NCBI GenBank assembly: GCA_973851085.1
Contig: OZ316776.1
Location: forward strand, 7,564,001-7,628,000
Direction: 5' to 3'
Length of the DNA: 64,000 nt
DNA from: Ptychomitrium polyphyllum
Taxonomy: Eukaryota
Every line of letters begins with the position of its first letter. Positions within the stretch are counted from its first letter, which is position 1. The translations under genes and the position numbers were made by a program. Under the pieces are notes generated by a model. It was not told where the DNA came from. It searched no databases and saw nothing but the letters and a program-made list of their open reading frames with translations. Shown piece by piece: positions 48,153-62,670 of the stretch.

Positions 48153-51100
48153 GCAATTTAGATGATGTGTTGCATTTGTCCCAATTGTTTCTAACACTGT
48201 GATGCATACTCTACTGAATGAAGCTGGATTTGAGACAATTGCATATGTGGCTTGTTCTTTAAGAATCTCTGAAGTGATTCAAGACTTGAGATGTTATTTG
48301 AAATTGAGATCCCAGCTTGGTTTTCCAGTGCTCTGGACAAGTTTTCTTATGTACTAGATGAAAGTTTGACATCAATGAGTGAACAAATTGTTCCTTAAAT
48401 GAGGTGGTGTTCAGTTGGGTTCTTCTACAACAGATCAAGGGTTTTTTTTTTCACATGATGGCGTCTACATAGCACCTATGAAATTCCCACTTAGACTGCA
48501 AATTGTTTTATTTTTATTTTTATGATGACTCAAGGACAAGTCCACTTATGTTAAGTTCTCCATGACAGACCAAGTGAGCAATGAGGAATTCTCACAGGCT
48601 TAAAATAGTGTTATAAACCAAATATATGTAATTATTTCTATTTTAGATTTCAGATTTTAGATTTTAATTTAGAATGTGCAAATCTTGTTTTTAGTAATTT
48701 GTTTTTAAAACACAGAGATGTTTATAATTTAGTAAATCATTTAGTGATTGATATTTACATAAAACCAAGAAGGCTTTACAATATTTTCATCAAAATTGGT
48801 ATATTTGTGGCTATGGATATTCATTGTGAAAGGCGTAAATTTTGACCAATAATGGTTAAATTTGTAACCACCAAACATGTTTGCACACTATCAATCATCA
48901 TTATTAGAGATGAATGACCTCTAATTCTTGTGTTGTGAGAGGTTAATCATTGCTATTTTGACATCCAACTTTTTCAAGTTTGATTTTTGAAAAGGCTTCT
49001 TTGATATTAAAACATAGGTAGTATTTCCATTCACTATTGTCTAGTAGGTATGTGAAGGAGAGAAAGAAGGCTTATTCTATGCATCCAAAAATAGATTTGA
49101 TTGGAAAATTGAGAATATGGAGAAAGAAAAACTAATATAGATTTATGTGGAAATTAAATAGTTTTATGTAACTTACAATATAATCTTGTTGCATAATTTC
49201 TTGTTTTACAAAACCAACAATGGTTGGTGCAAACTTTTATGCAAGAAAACAATGACTTTTTTTTTGATGATTTATTATTTATACATCATTGTCATTTGAA
49301 CTGGTATTACAAGTGCATTAAGTATTACTAAGATCAATACTTTGCAAAATTGTAAAGTTGGAAACTCCTTATCAAAATAGAGAGATTGCTTTTTATTAAT
49401 TAGTCATTGTAAAATCTTCTAAAATCAACTTGCATATAAGCTTGTAAATTAAATGTTTGTGCAAAAAAGCACATGGATTCAAAGAGAAGTAATTTTGAAT
49501 AGGTATAAATTGATGGCAAAATCTAAGTTAGGATGCTTACATTCTTGATTTTATAATTAACAATCCAAATATAAAGGATTGATGAAATTATTTTGTAATG
49601 TAATGTAATTTATAATGCCAACTCAAATGATAATGGCATATGGATAGTAAAATCATCCAAAAAAAAATATACCACAAGTAAAAGAAGTGCACAAGAAGAA
49701 AAATTGGAAACTTATTTTCAGCACACTTGAATAGACTTGAAATGAAATAGGTGCAAATGTTTTTTGCTTACTACCAACCACTCGTGAAGACTGTTTACTT
49801 TTTTAAGCAGTCACTTCTTCTATTGTGGCTCTCATCCATTGAAAGCCATTTCGGATATAATCCAGAGTCTAATACAATAGTTAATTTAACAAGAATTACA
49901 TACAAGTAATGTTTGAAATTTGAAGAACAATAAAATTGTAAAAAATATGTTAAAGTCAAAGCATCCTTGTTGCCAATAGGACTCCTATATACAAATACAT
50001 CATGTTATTGTATCCATTCATCTTTTCACTTGTGCATTCTTTCCACAGTATACTTGATTTCATAAGCAAAGAGACTCTACAGTTACACAATTAAGAAACA
50101 ACTATCATTTTGAGCACAAAAGCCTGAAGAAGTCAAGAAGAGAGAAAGAAAAGTAAAGTGAAGAAAATTTAAGTGAAGTAAAGAAAGAAAAAGAAAGAGG
50201 AAGCTCAATTTCAAAAGCAGTTTTCAGTTTCTGGGAGGTCCTTGAGATTTTAGGTTAAAATGCATATCACCTCCAAAACATTGTTTTCATATTAGATGTA
50301 TTGAATCAAGATAAACTGGGATGATCTCTGAAGTCAATGTGTCTGAATAAATGACCAAACAGACCAAATTGACTGCACCTGATATTAAAGAGGCAAGGGT
50401 TATTGGCTTTTACAGTACATTCCTACTTGTTACTTGGTCACCTTCATTACATGGCAGGAGTCACACACTTGTAAAGAAACATGTGTTATGAAGTGAACAA
50501 AGACAGGCCACACAAAATCATAGAGACAATGCAATTTTGAATTTTCAATCACTTCCATGACTGGCACAAATGACTTAGGACCATACAAAGATGATTTAAG
50601 TTACTGTACATAGTCACCATTATTATTTGGTGAGGAGTGATAGTCTCTCACTGCATTGCTTTCCTGCATTCTCACACACTCAGTTTCTAGAATGCAACTA
50701 GGTTAAGGAGTGAGAACTTTATAGCTCAGAGTCCCTTCAAATGCATAGCAGGGTATCATATCACACACTTCCAACTTCTGACAATCATTTCAACTTTTAG
50801 AGAGCATTTTGCTGTGAAATAAAGTTTAGGATTTTACACAAAAATTCCCAGTAGAGATGGCTTGAGTACCTGCAAGATAGGCAGCTCCTTACTTGCTTGT
50901 CTCAATCCAAGATGTGTTGAGTTTGATTCTAAGAACTCATTGATTTGCAGTGCATGGTAGCGTGCAGTATATACTTGCACCTGGAACTATCACCGTTTGT
51001 AGAATTGATGTCAGGAATGGTAGTATTGTACTGTACAAGGGCTAGTCATGGTTGCCTTGAAATATCTACATCTCTAGTAGCAGCCTATAAGGATTCATGT

Positions 51101-54100
51101 AAATTAAGGGTTCAGTGGTGTTCTTAGACTGTATCTTCTCAGATCTATTGAGCAGGTTTGATGCACATCCTCCACTGAATTCACCAAGGTCTGTGGTTTC
51201 TGTGAGCTACAGTAGTATGCTTTTTGAGTGGTGTACCACGTGCAAGCTTTTGAGAAACACTGATAAGTCACTAGTGATTTGTCCAGTGATGGCAGGACAT
51301 GATTTCTTTTACACAACTGACACCCCCACATTATGCAGACAACCTGACACTATGTCCACATAGTAGAAACACTTTTCTCATGTTGTACATGATTCCCAAG
51401 TGCCTATTATTTGTTTGGCTTTATATTCAAGGAAAATTATTCTATCCAACTACCCAATGCACATGAAGACACATTTAATGGTTCGAATAAATACGCTGTA
51501 TCGGTTCTAATAATGCATTTCAGTCAAAATCATTAATAATTAAAATTGATGAAATGGAATGGTAGACCTTCAAAATGCAAACTCAATGAAAGGAAATTGA
51601 ATTTTAGAAATTTACAAGTAAGTTATACTTTTATAATTTATAATTTATTTACTTTTTCTCATGGTAGAGTTATATTACAGTCAATTCCTAAAAATTTGTG
51701 GGAAGAAGATGTTATGGTCTTTTGTTCCAAGTATGCTTCTTTTTTTGAAAATATTAATTTTCTTTATATTAAAAATTTAAAAATTAAGATTATTAAAAAG
51801 TAAAATTGGGAATAATAGGTGAAAAGTAGATTCCTTACTCATCCATTACTTGGCAATGATTTGGTTCTCTAAGAATACTTTCTAAATTATTGTAATACCG
51901 TTATAGATGAGGATGCTAAGATGCTAAAAATTTAGATGATTCTCTCACTTTGAAACTTATGATTCGTAACCTTCTTTGTTAAATAGAAAGGTCAACTATG
52001 ACTCTTCTTATATTTTTACCTCTTTTCACAATTTTCCAAAATCGTGTTGGCATCACACTATATTGCACTATACGATGATAGAATTCTTTACCCAAATCAA
52101 CCTGTACCACATCTACAATGTCATCCAGTTAAAGAATGATATGTGGAAAACCATTCTGTATCAATACAAGTTGCCCCAGCTCATGTTCTTTGCTGACAGA
52201 CCCTTTTCTCTGAAGTAATTGACAATTTCTTCATGTTTTGTGGAGGTGCAAATGACTATCTCAACTTCAGATTAGGCAATTAGCACTTCTGACATGTTAA
52301 TCTTGCTTGGACAAGTATCATACCTGATACTGTAGTGAGAAGGAGTTGGGGACAGTGATCATGACCCTTTCCAGCAGCTTTGAAGCAGTATTTGTGACAA
52401 AGTATATGTATTTTGTTTAAATCCAGAATTTATTTTGAATATTGCAAAATGTTAATGCTAGTACTAAATGAGTGGGATATAATTCTATAAGTAATAAGTT
52501 GCAAAGAAACAAGTTTTCTTGTGCATTCCTAAAATTTCTTATGAATTGTCAAAGTTAATAAATCTCAAGTATCTGATCAAGTCATTTACAAAGGTTTATA
52601 TGTTTGTGAATTTAACTTTAAAGGATTTGACACAAATTTGCATATTGATTTCCAACACATATTGCATCATCCACTCCTAAACGTCCTAGGTTTTTAGGTG
52701 TATTATGACATAGATAAATATTATTTAGAAGTGCTATGTTTCTTTTGGTTTTGTAAATTTTAAGTTTATTATATTGAATAATTGAAAATTTATATTTTCT
52801 ATGTAAGATGAAATTATATTTTATAAAAGAAACTTCCTATAAAGTCTTGTATAGGTGCATATTTAAAATTTGTTTATTAGAAGATATGTATATATGGAAA
52901 AACATAGTACAACTTAAAGCAACATCCATGATACAATGCAAGTACTATATGGAGTGAATAGTTTCAAAAAAATTTACATTTCAAAAGATAATGCCAAAAA
53001 TATAAAAGAATGTTTCTTAAAAAAAAATTGCACAAGAAAAGTTGCTTTTTAGGAAACATGTGTTATGCTAAATGTTGTTTTAGAGCAACATTAGTTATCA
53101 AACACTAAAAAGTAAAATCTCACCTTGCAGTTATACAACTCATTATTTTAAAATTGTAAACCACCTTTAGCCTTAACCTCTAAGGCAAACTTCAACAAAA
53201 ATTTGTAAAATTGACATGTACAATATGACTATAACTTTGACATGTATAATTTAAAAATGTACCAGTCTTTTAATTTTAATTAACTTAAATATCCACATGG
53301 TGTGCACATTGAATTTTAGAAGTGTTCATTAAAAATGAAACCATTCTATTTGGACTCCAAATATAATTATATAATTTGTATAATATATGAAATTCCAAAA
53401 TATGCATGTCAAGGTTTTAGATTTGGATAAATCTTGCTTCAACTTTTGAAAAAAGTTTAATTTCATCATGGCTCTACTACATATCCTGAATTTTTTTTCA
53501 CCTTAAATTTTCTAGGTTTAAAAAGAATGCAAGATTAAATTATATGTAACAACTTCTAAGGCACTTCTTTGATGTGAAGTTGGTCATTCTATGTAATAGA
53601 GAGGAACTTCCTCATCATATTGATTTTTCTTTTGCCTTACATGTGAATTCATCCAAACTAGCTTATATGGAAGGAATCTCTAAGTTAGTGGATATGATGC
53701 ATGAAAGTTAGCTATAGTAAACAACTAAAATTGCATTTATATTTTACTATGGATTGTTGAATTTTTTTTTATAGAAATGACTTGAAATTAAAATCAAGGT
53801 ATTTTTTATTTATTAATAAAATTTAAATTGTTTAGGAAAATGAATTGATTTGAAAATAAAAATAAAATACTCAAATTATATTCTTGTCCATATTCTCCAA
53901 GTCATTCCATACTTTACATTCACACTGCTTCATGATGTCATAGATTTCATATCACCTGCATAATCTTCTACTGTATTTCACAACATATAGTACGTTTCTT
54001 CATCCACATAGTACACTCTCCATTGACAATGTGTGGGAAAGATTTATACGCACAAGGAAGCCTTCAGTTGGCATGTAACTTCAAGTCTTCAACCTTGGAC

Positions 54101-57100
54101 TGGCATAAATTATAACTTAATATTCATTCAATGGAAGGTGGTAACTTATGGTAGTAACATTACAATCAGTCAGTAATATTCCAACTGAAGACAGATACCT
54201 CAGCCAAAGACATTGTTTATCAAAGTTTAACACTAGGAAAATAAAGTGAATAGGGATATTGGATTGCCAAAGAAATTAATTTACCTTCTATATAGTTCAC
54301 CACTTTAGATATTCCTCTTCTATTTGTATTTGATGATGCCATAAATTATGCATGGAAGAGTTGCGGAGTTTACAAATATTATACGACTTATGGAAAATGG
54401 TGTGAATTATCAAAAAATCACTAAGGAACAATCTAATATCCCTATTTTGTGTAGTATTGTTGATCATAGTGCATAGTCATCCAATTGAAGAATGTTATAA
54501 ACTAGAACATTTAACAAAATTGATCAATGTCCAAATAGAATTTTTGTAAAAAATTTATGAGTAATATTGTTCTATTGTAATTACACCAAAACTATGCTTG
54601 ATTGAATATAAATCCAAATATTATAACATTCTTTAACTAGATTCTTAGTCACTTGGAATAAAGGGCTTAAGTTTCTAGAAATTAAATTTTGAATATTTCT
54701 AACCTTTCATATGGTGTCCAAACAATTAATTTAAAAATGTATCAAAATTCTTTTATTTCTTGTGGATATGCCTTGATATAGAAACCTATAATTTTTTTAA
54801 TAACAAACATGTTCAATTTCCTCAAACTCATGGTTATGGATGTTGCTACCTTGAAAGTGCCTTCCCCAATTTATTTATGATGAACTTGTATGCTGTAAAG
54901 GAACTTTTAAATTAAAAGTAAGTTATAAGGTTATAACAGCATTATAGTTGCGTTGACCACCATTGCCTATCAGCTGACACAAACTCATGGAAGTCCCAAA
55001 TTTCAGGAAGGTAAGAGAGCCTGATAAGTTAAACTAGTACCTGGGAAGCCAGAGATGTCTTATGGAAGGTAGAACTTTTCAAGAAAAGCACTTGATATGC
55101 TTTTGGTGACTTATCATTGTAGATTGGCACAGACTTGTCCTCCTGGCAGCAAAAGTCGCTTGCACACAGGCTGTTTTTACATGGATTAATGAGTTATTTT
55201 ATAATTGTCACTGAGCCACTTTACACTGGTGACAAGTTAGTGAATTGATTCAGCGCGATTGAAGTGAGAAATGAGCAGTGATGAATTCATGTCATAGAGT
55301 TGACAATGGTTCCAATGACAGAGGAATTGGATTTTGGGTAGCAGAAATTGCAGATATAAGACTCTGTGGTACTTACACATGTACAGAGTTGTGTTACTGG
55401 GGATAGAGACAGGCCATTATTGAGCATATCTCTGTACAGTGTGGTGTTCTTCATAGAATGAGATTCTACCTACTTCATTACACTGGGATTTGGTTGCAGC
55501 TGGAGGGCAGCATCACCAATAGGGGGTCATCCTCCAGACTCAAGTGGATTTTTCTCTAGCTTCGGAATTTACTAAGCTACTAAGCTAACTTCTAAATGAA
55601 AGTAGCTTTCAATTTAATTTACTGACTAGAACTTGTGAACAAGGCACTGGGTACAAGGATGTTACACTCTATAAGTGCTGTATACAAGTTACATGTGATT
55701 GTGTCCTACCTTATCAATGGCTCATTTTTCTTAAGTGTCATTAAAGTCTGATTTTTGAAACATTCTAAAGTAAGTTCATCCTAACCTTTTGATACTTAGA
55801 TATTAGTAATGAATGATAGTCAGAGCATGTGGCACAAGAATTTTCTTACTCTTCAATGGAATAGATTTCTCAAGAGGGATGTGTACCCTTGAGTGATGGA
55901 GTGATCCTTTTGAGGGTGTTCAGATCAATTACTGAAGAATGGGATGGCCATGACATGATCATGCACAATCATGCAACTTAAGTTCCACATTTGTAACCAA
56001 TACTTGATTCGTTCTGAAAACTATGCATTTTACCCAACCCTTTTATGCCAGGCACACATTTTTCATGCTACTATACACCATTGCCCTGTAAACCTCTCCT
56101 CTCTAAATGAAGACTCATGGCACTGATAAATATGTCAATAATTTATGGAAATCTGGCAGAGGCCATTCAGGTTGCAGTTTTGTGCCCATGTGGTATCAGG
56201 GTCATCCTGGAATGTTCCCTTGTGCCATTGGAGGTTGTATGATTTAGGTCATGGAGTGGGGTCCTTCCTTTCCTGTAAGTGACATGTTTCAAGGTACCTC
56301 TCAGATAGTATCAGTCACAAATATATCAAATTTCAGACAAGACTTTTGGGTCAAATGATGATATAGGTTAGAAGTGATATAGCAGCAGCAATATTGAGCA
56401 ATTCTTTCCCATGGCAAGCTACTCGTCATTCCCTCATCCTCCTCTGCAACTCCCATGTAAAGCTAAAACTATCAAGTAAAAATTGTGTGTGACTGGAAAA
56501 ACTTTAGTCATCTTCAAGGCAGCAGTTACTCTATACCTTGCAACAGTGGAAAAGGTTTAAAAGTACTAGCACACTTCTGAGCAATATAACATAGCTGAGA
56601 AAATCACACATTTTCTGTGGTTCATTGTTGTGAGAGGTGCACACTGAGAGGTTGCATGCAGAAGTTATTGGGTGCAGAAGGGATCCAGGGCTGGAGGCCC
56701 ATGCCAAGTATACCCCTCACCACCTTCCCTCAAATATAGTTTGTAAACTTCCTTCATTTAGTTGGAACAGACTGCTTGAAAGTATAACCCCAGTTACATT
56801 TCTAACTTTTGCATGTGTTTAGCCTCTGAGCAAATCGACCAGGAGAGCACTGCAGGAAGTGCAGATGGTTATAATGATAATCACTCAATTCATAGTATGA
56901 CTCTTTTAGCCTTTGAAAAACTATCTCAACAGCAGTTCTTCAAGCAAACAACACTGACTTTTGATACCTCCTTCAACACTCTATAGTGAGAAAGTACTTC
57001 ATCAAGGTCATATTGGCTGAGTATTTCAGACATAATACTATGCATTCCAATGATCTGGTTTGATGTGTACAACTCAGTAAGTACAGAGCATGCTAATTAC

Positions 57101-58659
57101 TATTTTGCACCAAATGTTGAGAACCTTTCATAGAGTTATCCTCAAAGTATGGAAAATTACACATAATTGAGTATGAGTTTGCAAATTCAGGGTTAATTGA
57201 GAAAGATTCAGTGCCCAGAATCTTTCTTAAATTAACCATTTTGGGGACCATCAAGGCATAGCATGCCCAGGGATACACCCTACAAACCCATTGTACTTTC
57301 AGGGTAGTTCTACGGCGTCAAGAATCTGCCCTAAACTGAGCATATGGAGTTGTCAGAGACTTAAATGGTGTTGTTGTTATATGGTCCAATCAGCATGTAA
57401 CCCTTCACAGGAAACTTGAACTACAATGTGAGTATGTGACCCACCAAAGACTTTTACATATAACATTTGCAAACACAAAGGCCCTTAAACTCCTGCTGAT
57501 TGCCCAAGCACACTCCATAATCAGCCCCATAATCAGCACACACTACCATGGGCTATGACCCAGCTCTCCCTGGTAATTTAACTTGATTGTACTATAATTC
57601 TTAGGATAAATGGCTCAGAGGACCATAATTCAGATTTTCAAGAACCAATTCTGTTATTCCCCAAAGGTAAAATCATCCAAGTAGACATTAGACATAGAAC
57701 AAATCGAACTGTATATCTAACTGCATCCCATTGAGTTGTAGATTAAAGGATGAATGTGATCAGCACAACCAGGCTTTAAATTGAGTTTCTCCACAAAAAA
57801 TTTCATTAACTGGCTACACAACTGAACACACTCAAAACCGTTCATTCCCCTCTCCCCAGATGTATCTATCTGAAAAACCCCCGCCGACAAATTAAGGCAA
57901 GCCAAAGATCTGGCTGGGAGCGAGGGCTGCAAGAGCTCAACGATGGCGCCAGAGCTAAGTGAAGCCTCACAAGGAGCCCGCATAGGCACACAACGTAGTA
58001 ATCTTATCCAATGTTACCTTGTTACTCGCCTGGTCTCACAAGAATATGACCTAGTATCGCCAAAGCATCGCATGTACATTACCTAAATATCACCTAAGTA
58101 TCGATCGACAAGTAGAATCCCTGGTTGTGTGTAGCGGTTATCAGAGAAAGTTAAAATGGCAGAAGCGTGAACACGTTTGTTTTGCAGTGAGTGTTGATCA
58201 CTGCGGCAGAGAGAGTCTAATCGGTACACGAGGATGCAGAGCCTGCTGCTGCGGCTGCGGCTGAGGAGGGCGGCTCACTTATAATTGCAGTGCACTGCAG
58301 CTTGCTGCTGATTGAGCTCAGGCTAGCTCTGCAAAGTTATAAGGGACCTCTGTTTGTTCTTTCCATCAGTATTCTCTGCCACCGCTACTTGCTCACTCTG
58401 CATTCGCAAAAGCTCTGGCTCTAGCTCTGTGGCTGCTCAATTGCTGTGACGTTGAATGCCATCACCGACTGGGGCATGTGGGTCAGTACTACATCGTGGG
58501 GAAACCAGTTGTTGGCGGGAGCTAGCTAGCTGACGAGGAGTTGATGAGCAGAAGTTAGTTAAGTTGTTTGTTGGAGTGGGAGGAAATTAAAGGCCAGGGG
58601 AAGGTCAAGAGGGCCTACTGTGTAGGAGTGTTCTGTTGCATTGTTTGGTGCTTGTGGTG

Positions 58660-60765
58660 ATGGCGAGGTCAATGTGGCAGCAGGCTCTAGCCGTTGTTAT
58701 AGTCGTGTGTGTGGTGCACTTGGAGTTGCCTATGTGTGGAGCTGTGAGGCTTCTGGCCTCCAGCAGTTCTGTGGAGGAGGTGCACCAAAACATTGTTCCA
58801 GCCGTTATGGAAACTCATGATCGAGACATCGTTGAGGAGACTCAGTTAAGGTATGGTTTAGTGTCGTGAACGTGCGGTTGGATGTCCATGACGATGTCGG
58901 GTTCGGGCTACAATGAATTGGAAAGCGTGTAGTATATGATTGCGTATCATTGAGTTGGCCGTTTCGCATTTGGTTGTGTGAAAGTATTTGAGTCTCTGGC
59001 TGCCAGACACTGTTAGAGAGGCAACTTTAGTGTATCTCCCTCTCACCGTTAATGTTAAACGAGTGCGACGTCTGCAAAATATATTAATGTTAGCAAAGCG
59101 TTCGGTATAATCTGTGATCCGTACTACTAATGCGGAAATGAGAGTCTAGCTGACATTAAGCGTCGTCGTTGTGAAGCTCTAATTCGACCAGGAGAGCCCT
59201 TGGAGGTTGCGGAAGTGGCAACCTCGTCGATGACTGCTGGAGGTGCAATTCAAATTGGGCCAAGGATCGGCAATCCCTGGCTAATTGCGCCATTGGCTTT
59301 GGCAAGAATGCCATCGGTGGCAAAAATGGACAGTTGTATGTTGTTACAGATGACAGCGATGACGACGTTATTAACCCGAAAGAAGGGACACTTCGCTATG
59401 GCGTCCTTCAGAGCGAGCCTCTCTGGATAGTCTTTAGCCGCAACATGAACATTCAACTGAAGGAGGAGCTCATCATGAACAGTTACAAGACCATCGATGG
59501 CCGCGGCAACAATGTTCATATTTCTGGAGGTGCTGGCCTCACCCTTCAATTCGTGAACAACATCATCATTCACAACATTCACATTCACGACGTCAAGGTC
59601 ACAGGACCTGCAGATGTGAGGAGCTCTCCGTCACATTATGGGAGCAGAGGTAAATCTGATGGGGATGCCATTAATATATTTGGGTCTCACGACATCTGGG
59701 TAGACCATTGTTATTTTTCGAACTGCGCTGATGGCCTTATTGATGTCATTCAAGGATCGACTGATGTCACCATTTCTAACAACTACTTCGAGAATCACGA
59801 CAAGGTATCAAACAAAGTTTCTCAGAAAATATTTCCTCTGCTCGCGTACACTGCAGTGTTTTGTTTGGTGTTGATAATGTCGAATTATAAAGTTTCAAAG
59901 TCGAAAAAGCTAGTTTGTCTGCAATTTGTAACATGCAGAGAAGTTGATACAATGGGATGTGGACGCCTTGCACTTTGTTTTGATGCGTCATTACTTGTTT
60001 GCATACTCAGGTGATGTTACTTGGTGCTCATCCAATGGATACAATAGACAAGGGCATGAGAGTGACCGTTGCCTTCAACCACTTCGGAGCAAATCTCATC
60101 GAACGTATGCCAAGGTGAATGCGATGTTTCTGAAGTTGTTTTGGACACAGAAGTCCTAATTACTCGAGGACGTTGCTTACTAATTTAACAATTACTGAAC
60201 TTCCATGCTGTTTCATTTGACGATGCAGATGCCGTCAGGGTACATTTCATATTGTCAACAACAACTATGAAGGCTGGGAAATGTATGCCATTGGAGGGAG
60301 TGAAAATCCCATCATTAACAGTGAAGGAAATCGTTTCGTGGCTCCCGAAGCCAGATTCAAGAAAGAGGTAAACCTCATTCTTTCATCCATCTTTAACAAT
60401 CAATTCCTTCTACCGTCTTGTGTAAAATTAGACTGACCTGAAGATGCAATTTCGAACGGTGATCATTTCTTCTTCACTTCCATCTCGAGAACCGCAGTTT
60501 TTTGAAATCTTTCTGCATTTTCTTTAAAGCATCTTGAAAGCTTCGTATGCAGGTCACAAAGCGCATTGATGACGGGGGAAACAATAACGAGGACAGCTGG
60601 AACTGGAGATCTTCGGGCGACCTTTTTCTAAATGGCGCATTCTTCACTAAATCCGGAGCACCCTCTGCAAATACTCAATTTTACGCCAAGGCCACCAGTT
60701 TCAGCGCTCGCCCTGCCGCCATGGTGCAAGCCGTGACCAATGACGCAGGCCCCCTCGCACTATGA
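58660..60765 (+). CDS. Pectate lyase (PL1 / pectate lyase-like), secreted, 5 exons
   Basis: Exons 58660-58850, 59192-59804, 60011-60114, 60229-60367 and 60553-60765. Signal peptide followed by GN.VDDCWRC, GTLRYGV...EPLWIVF, KTIDGRG, DGDAINI, WVDH, DGLID, RMPRCR.G and WNWRSSGD. Confidence 0.96.
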
Positions 60766-62250
60766 TAGCTGGAGGGATGGCACTTCTGAAAGCTTAAATG
60801 GCTCCAACTTTTAGCCGAAGTCTCGTTTCCGGGTACTCAGTTATCCTCCCAAGACTGCGAATAAAAAATAGATTGAGTTCGTGTGTTCGATAGATTAGCG
60901 CTTTGGTTGTGTGTAACTGTGAATTGTTCCTTGTGTTTGTGATTGAGTGCTGGCCATCCATGGTCGGCCTTGCTGAGGAACACAATCTGTGCCCTCTATA
61001 ATGGATATTCGATACCTTTCCAGGCTTTGAAATTAAACATTACAAAACAAAGTAGTAACGCCAAATGTGTAGAATATATTGGTCGAAGGGTGCTTTGGAT
61101 GAGTGGCTGCGCGAAGGTGGCCCTCAAGCGAGGTGTTCTCCGACAGAAGTGGGCAGGCCGTGTGGTGTTAGTGTAGCTTAGTAAAAGAAGCTGTTACATA
61201 TGCCCTGTAGACTTGGTTTCTTCAGCTTTGAAGTGCGCACCAAGAACGCAGCAGGATTGAGCAAGGCATTAATCGAATTCAGAATTGCTATATCTTACAA
61301 GCTGAAATAGAATCAGGGGAATTTGATTGTATCCATAGCCTTTTTGTGTTAAGATTTTAAATTTCTTACCTTAAAACGTTGTGACATTTGTGAGACTGTC
61401 TGGTGTAGGACAGGCCATTAATGTTTTCGAAAATTTACTGCAATGTATGTAACCATTGTGCAAATTGCGTTTTATTCAACAGTAATGGAACAAGATTCAC
61501 TCTAGTTGTTGAATGGAAACTCATTCTTTACAGGGCAGTCAAAAGCAATCAAAAGCAGTGATGAAAGCGTCTGCACTAAGGTTGTAGTTGAAGGGTGAGT
61601 TAGTATGTCTCGCCTACAAAATGAAGAAAGTGGCCTAGCAATCATCGTATAGGGAGTCGGCTTTTCACTATGATTTTGCACTATGTAGCCTTAAAGTTAC
61701 GCTCACCCTTCAAGTACTCACCCCAGACTCCATCCCCGGTTGCACTCCAGTGAAACTTGGATGAATGTACTATTTGATTGTGGCACATTTGTGTGAGAAT
61801 TGTGGTGGTGCTCTTTGAATGAGGACCAGTAGCTGCCATTTGGTGTACTTCACCTCAGGACCCTGAAGTTTAAATGAGTATACTTCACATTTAAACCAAG
61901 TTATAACGCTTGTCGATCTGTTGATGATTAGAAGTACACTAAGCATCTATTTCCTTCACCTGCTAATTCCAAATGATTATTAAACTTACACTAAACATCT
62001 ATGTATTTCATCTATTCGTTCCAGATTTGATTGGGTCAAACCATCAAAACATGTATACCTCAGAATGTATCTTTCTCAGACTTTCTGAAATGACACATAT
62101 TCTGAGTTTTGTGTGAATGACAGTTAACAGGGAGATCTTAGCTGAGAGAGCGTTAACTTGATTTGGTTTGTTCAGAGATTTAGGGGACACATCTATGTTT
62201 GGAAATGCCAGAGGAATGTTGAGTCATTCTAACATTGTGACTGTAGCATG

Positions 62251-62332
62251 CCATAAAGTTGGGTAATTATATTTCGCCATAAGGTTGGGTAATTATATTT
62301 CGCCATAAGGTTGGGTAATTATATTTCGCCAT
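62251..62332. repeat. 26-bp tandem repeat x3 (ccataaggttgggtaattatatttcg)
   Basis: Three near-perfect copies are directly visible. Confidence 0.95.
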
Positions 62333-62343
62333 GAAATCTCCAA

Positions 62344-62670
62344 GTGGCGCATCTAGGAGAATCGTCGTCTCGGGTATCAAGGCAGACCGGGAAAGCTTTG
62401 TACAATCGAGAGGCAGAGAACTGTGATCTTGATCTCGCCATTCTGCATTGCTATCTCTGCAAAGAAACTCTTCGCCCTTCCGTGTATCAGGTCATACTTT
62501 ACTCCTGTCTTGAGGTCTTGTATGCGGATCAATACAATGCTTGTATGGAGATTTTGCAGTCGTTGAAACGATGATCGGCCTTGTAATTTTTTGAGTCAAG
62601 CTGGTATTGGATCTGCAATGTGTGGAACAATTATAGGCGGCCTGAAACACTACAGAGCGAAGTCTACGTT
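62344..62670 (+). pseudogene. Decayed SINA/SIAH-like RING-finger gene fragment
   Basis: DLDLAILHCYLCKETLRPSVYQ matches the first half of a SINA RING (LxCPxCxxxLxPPIxQ). The downstream AMCGTIIG resembles CPxCR..IG. There is no in-frame ATG (TGA at 62332) and the remaining Cys/His ligands appear lost. Confidence 0.5.
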
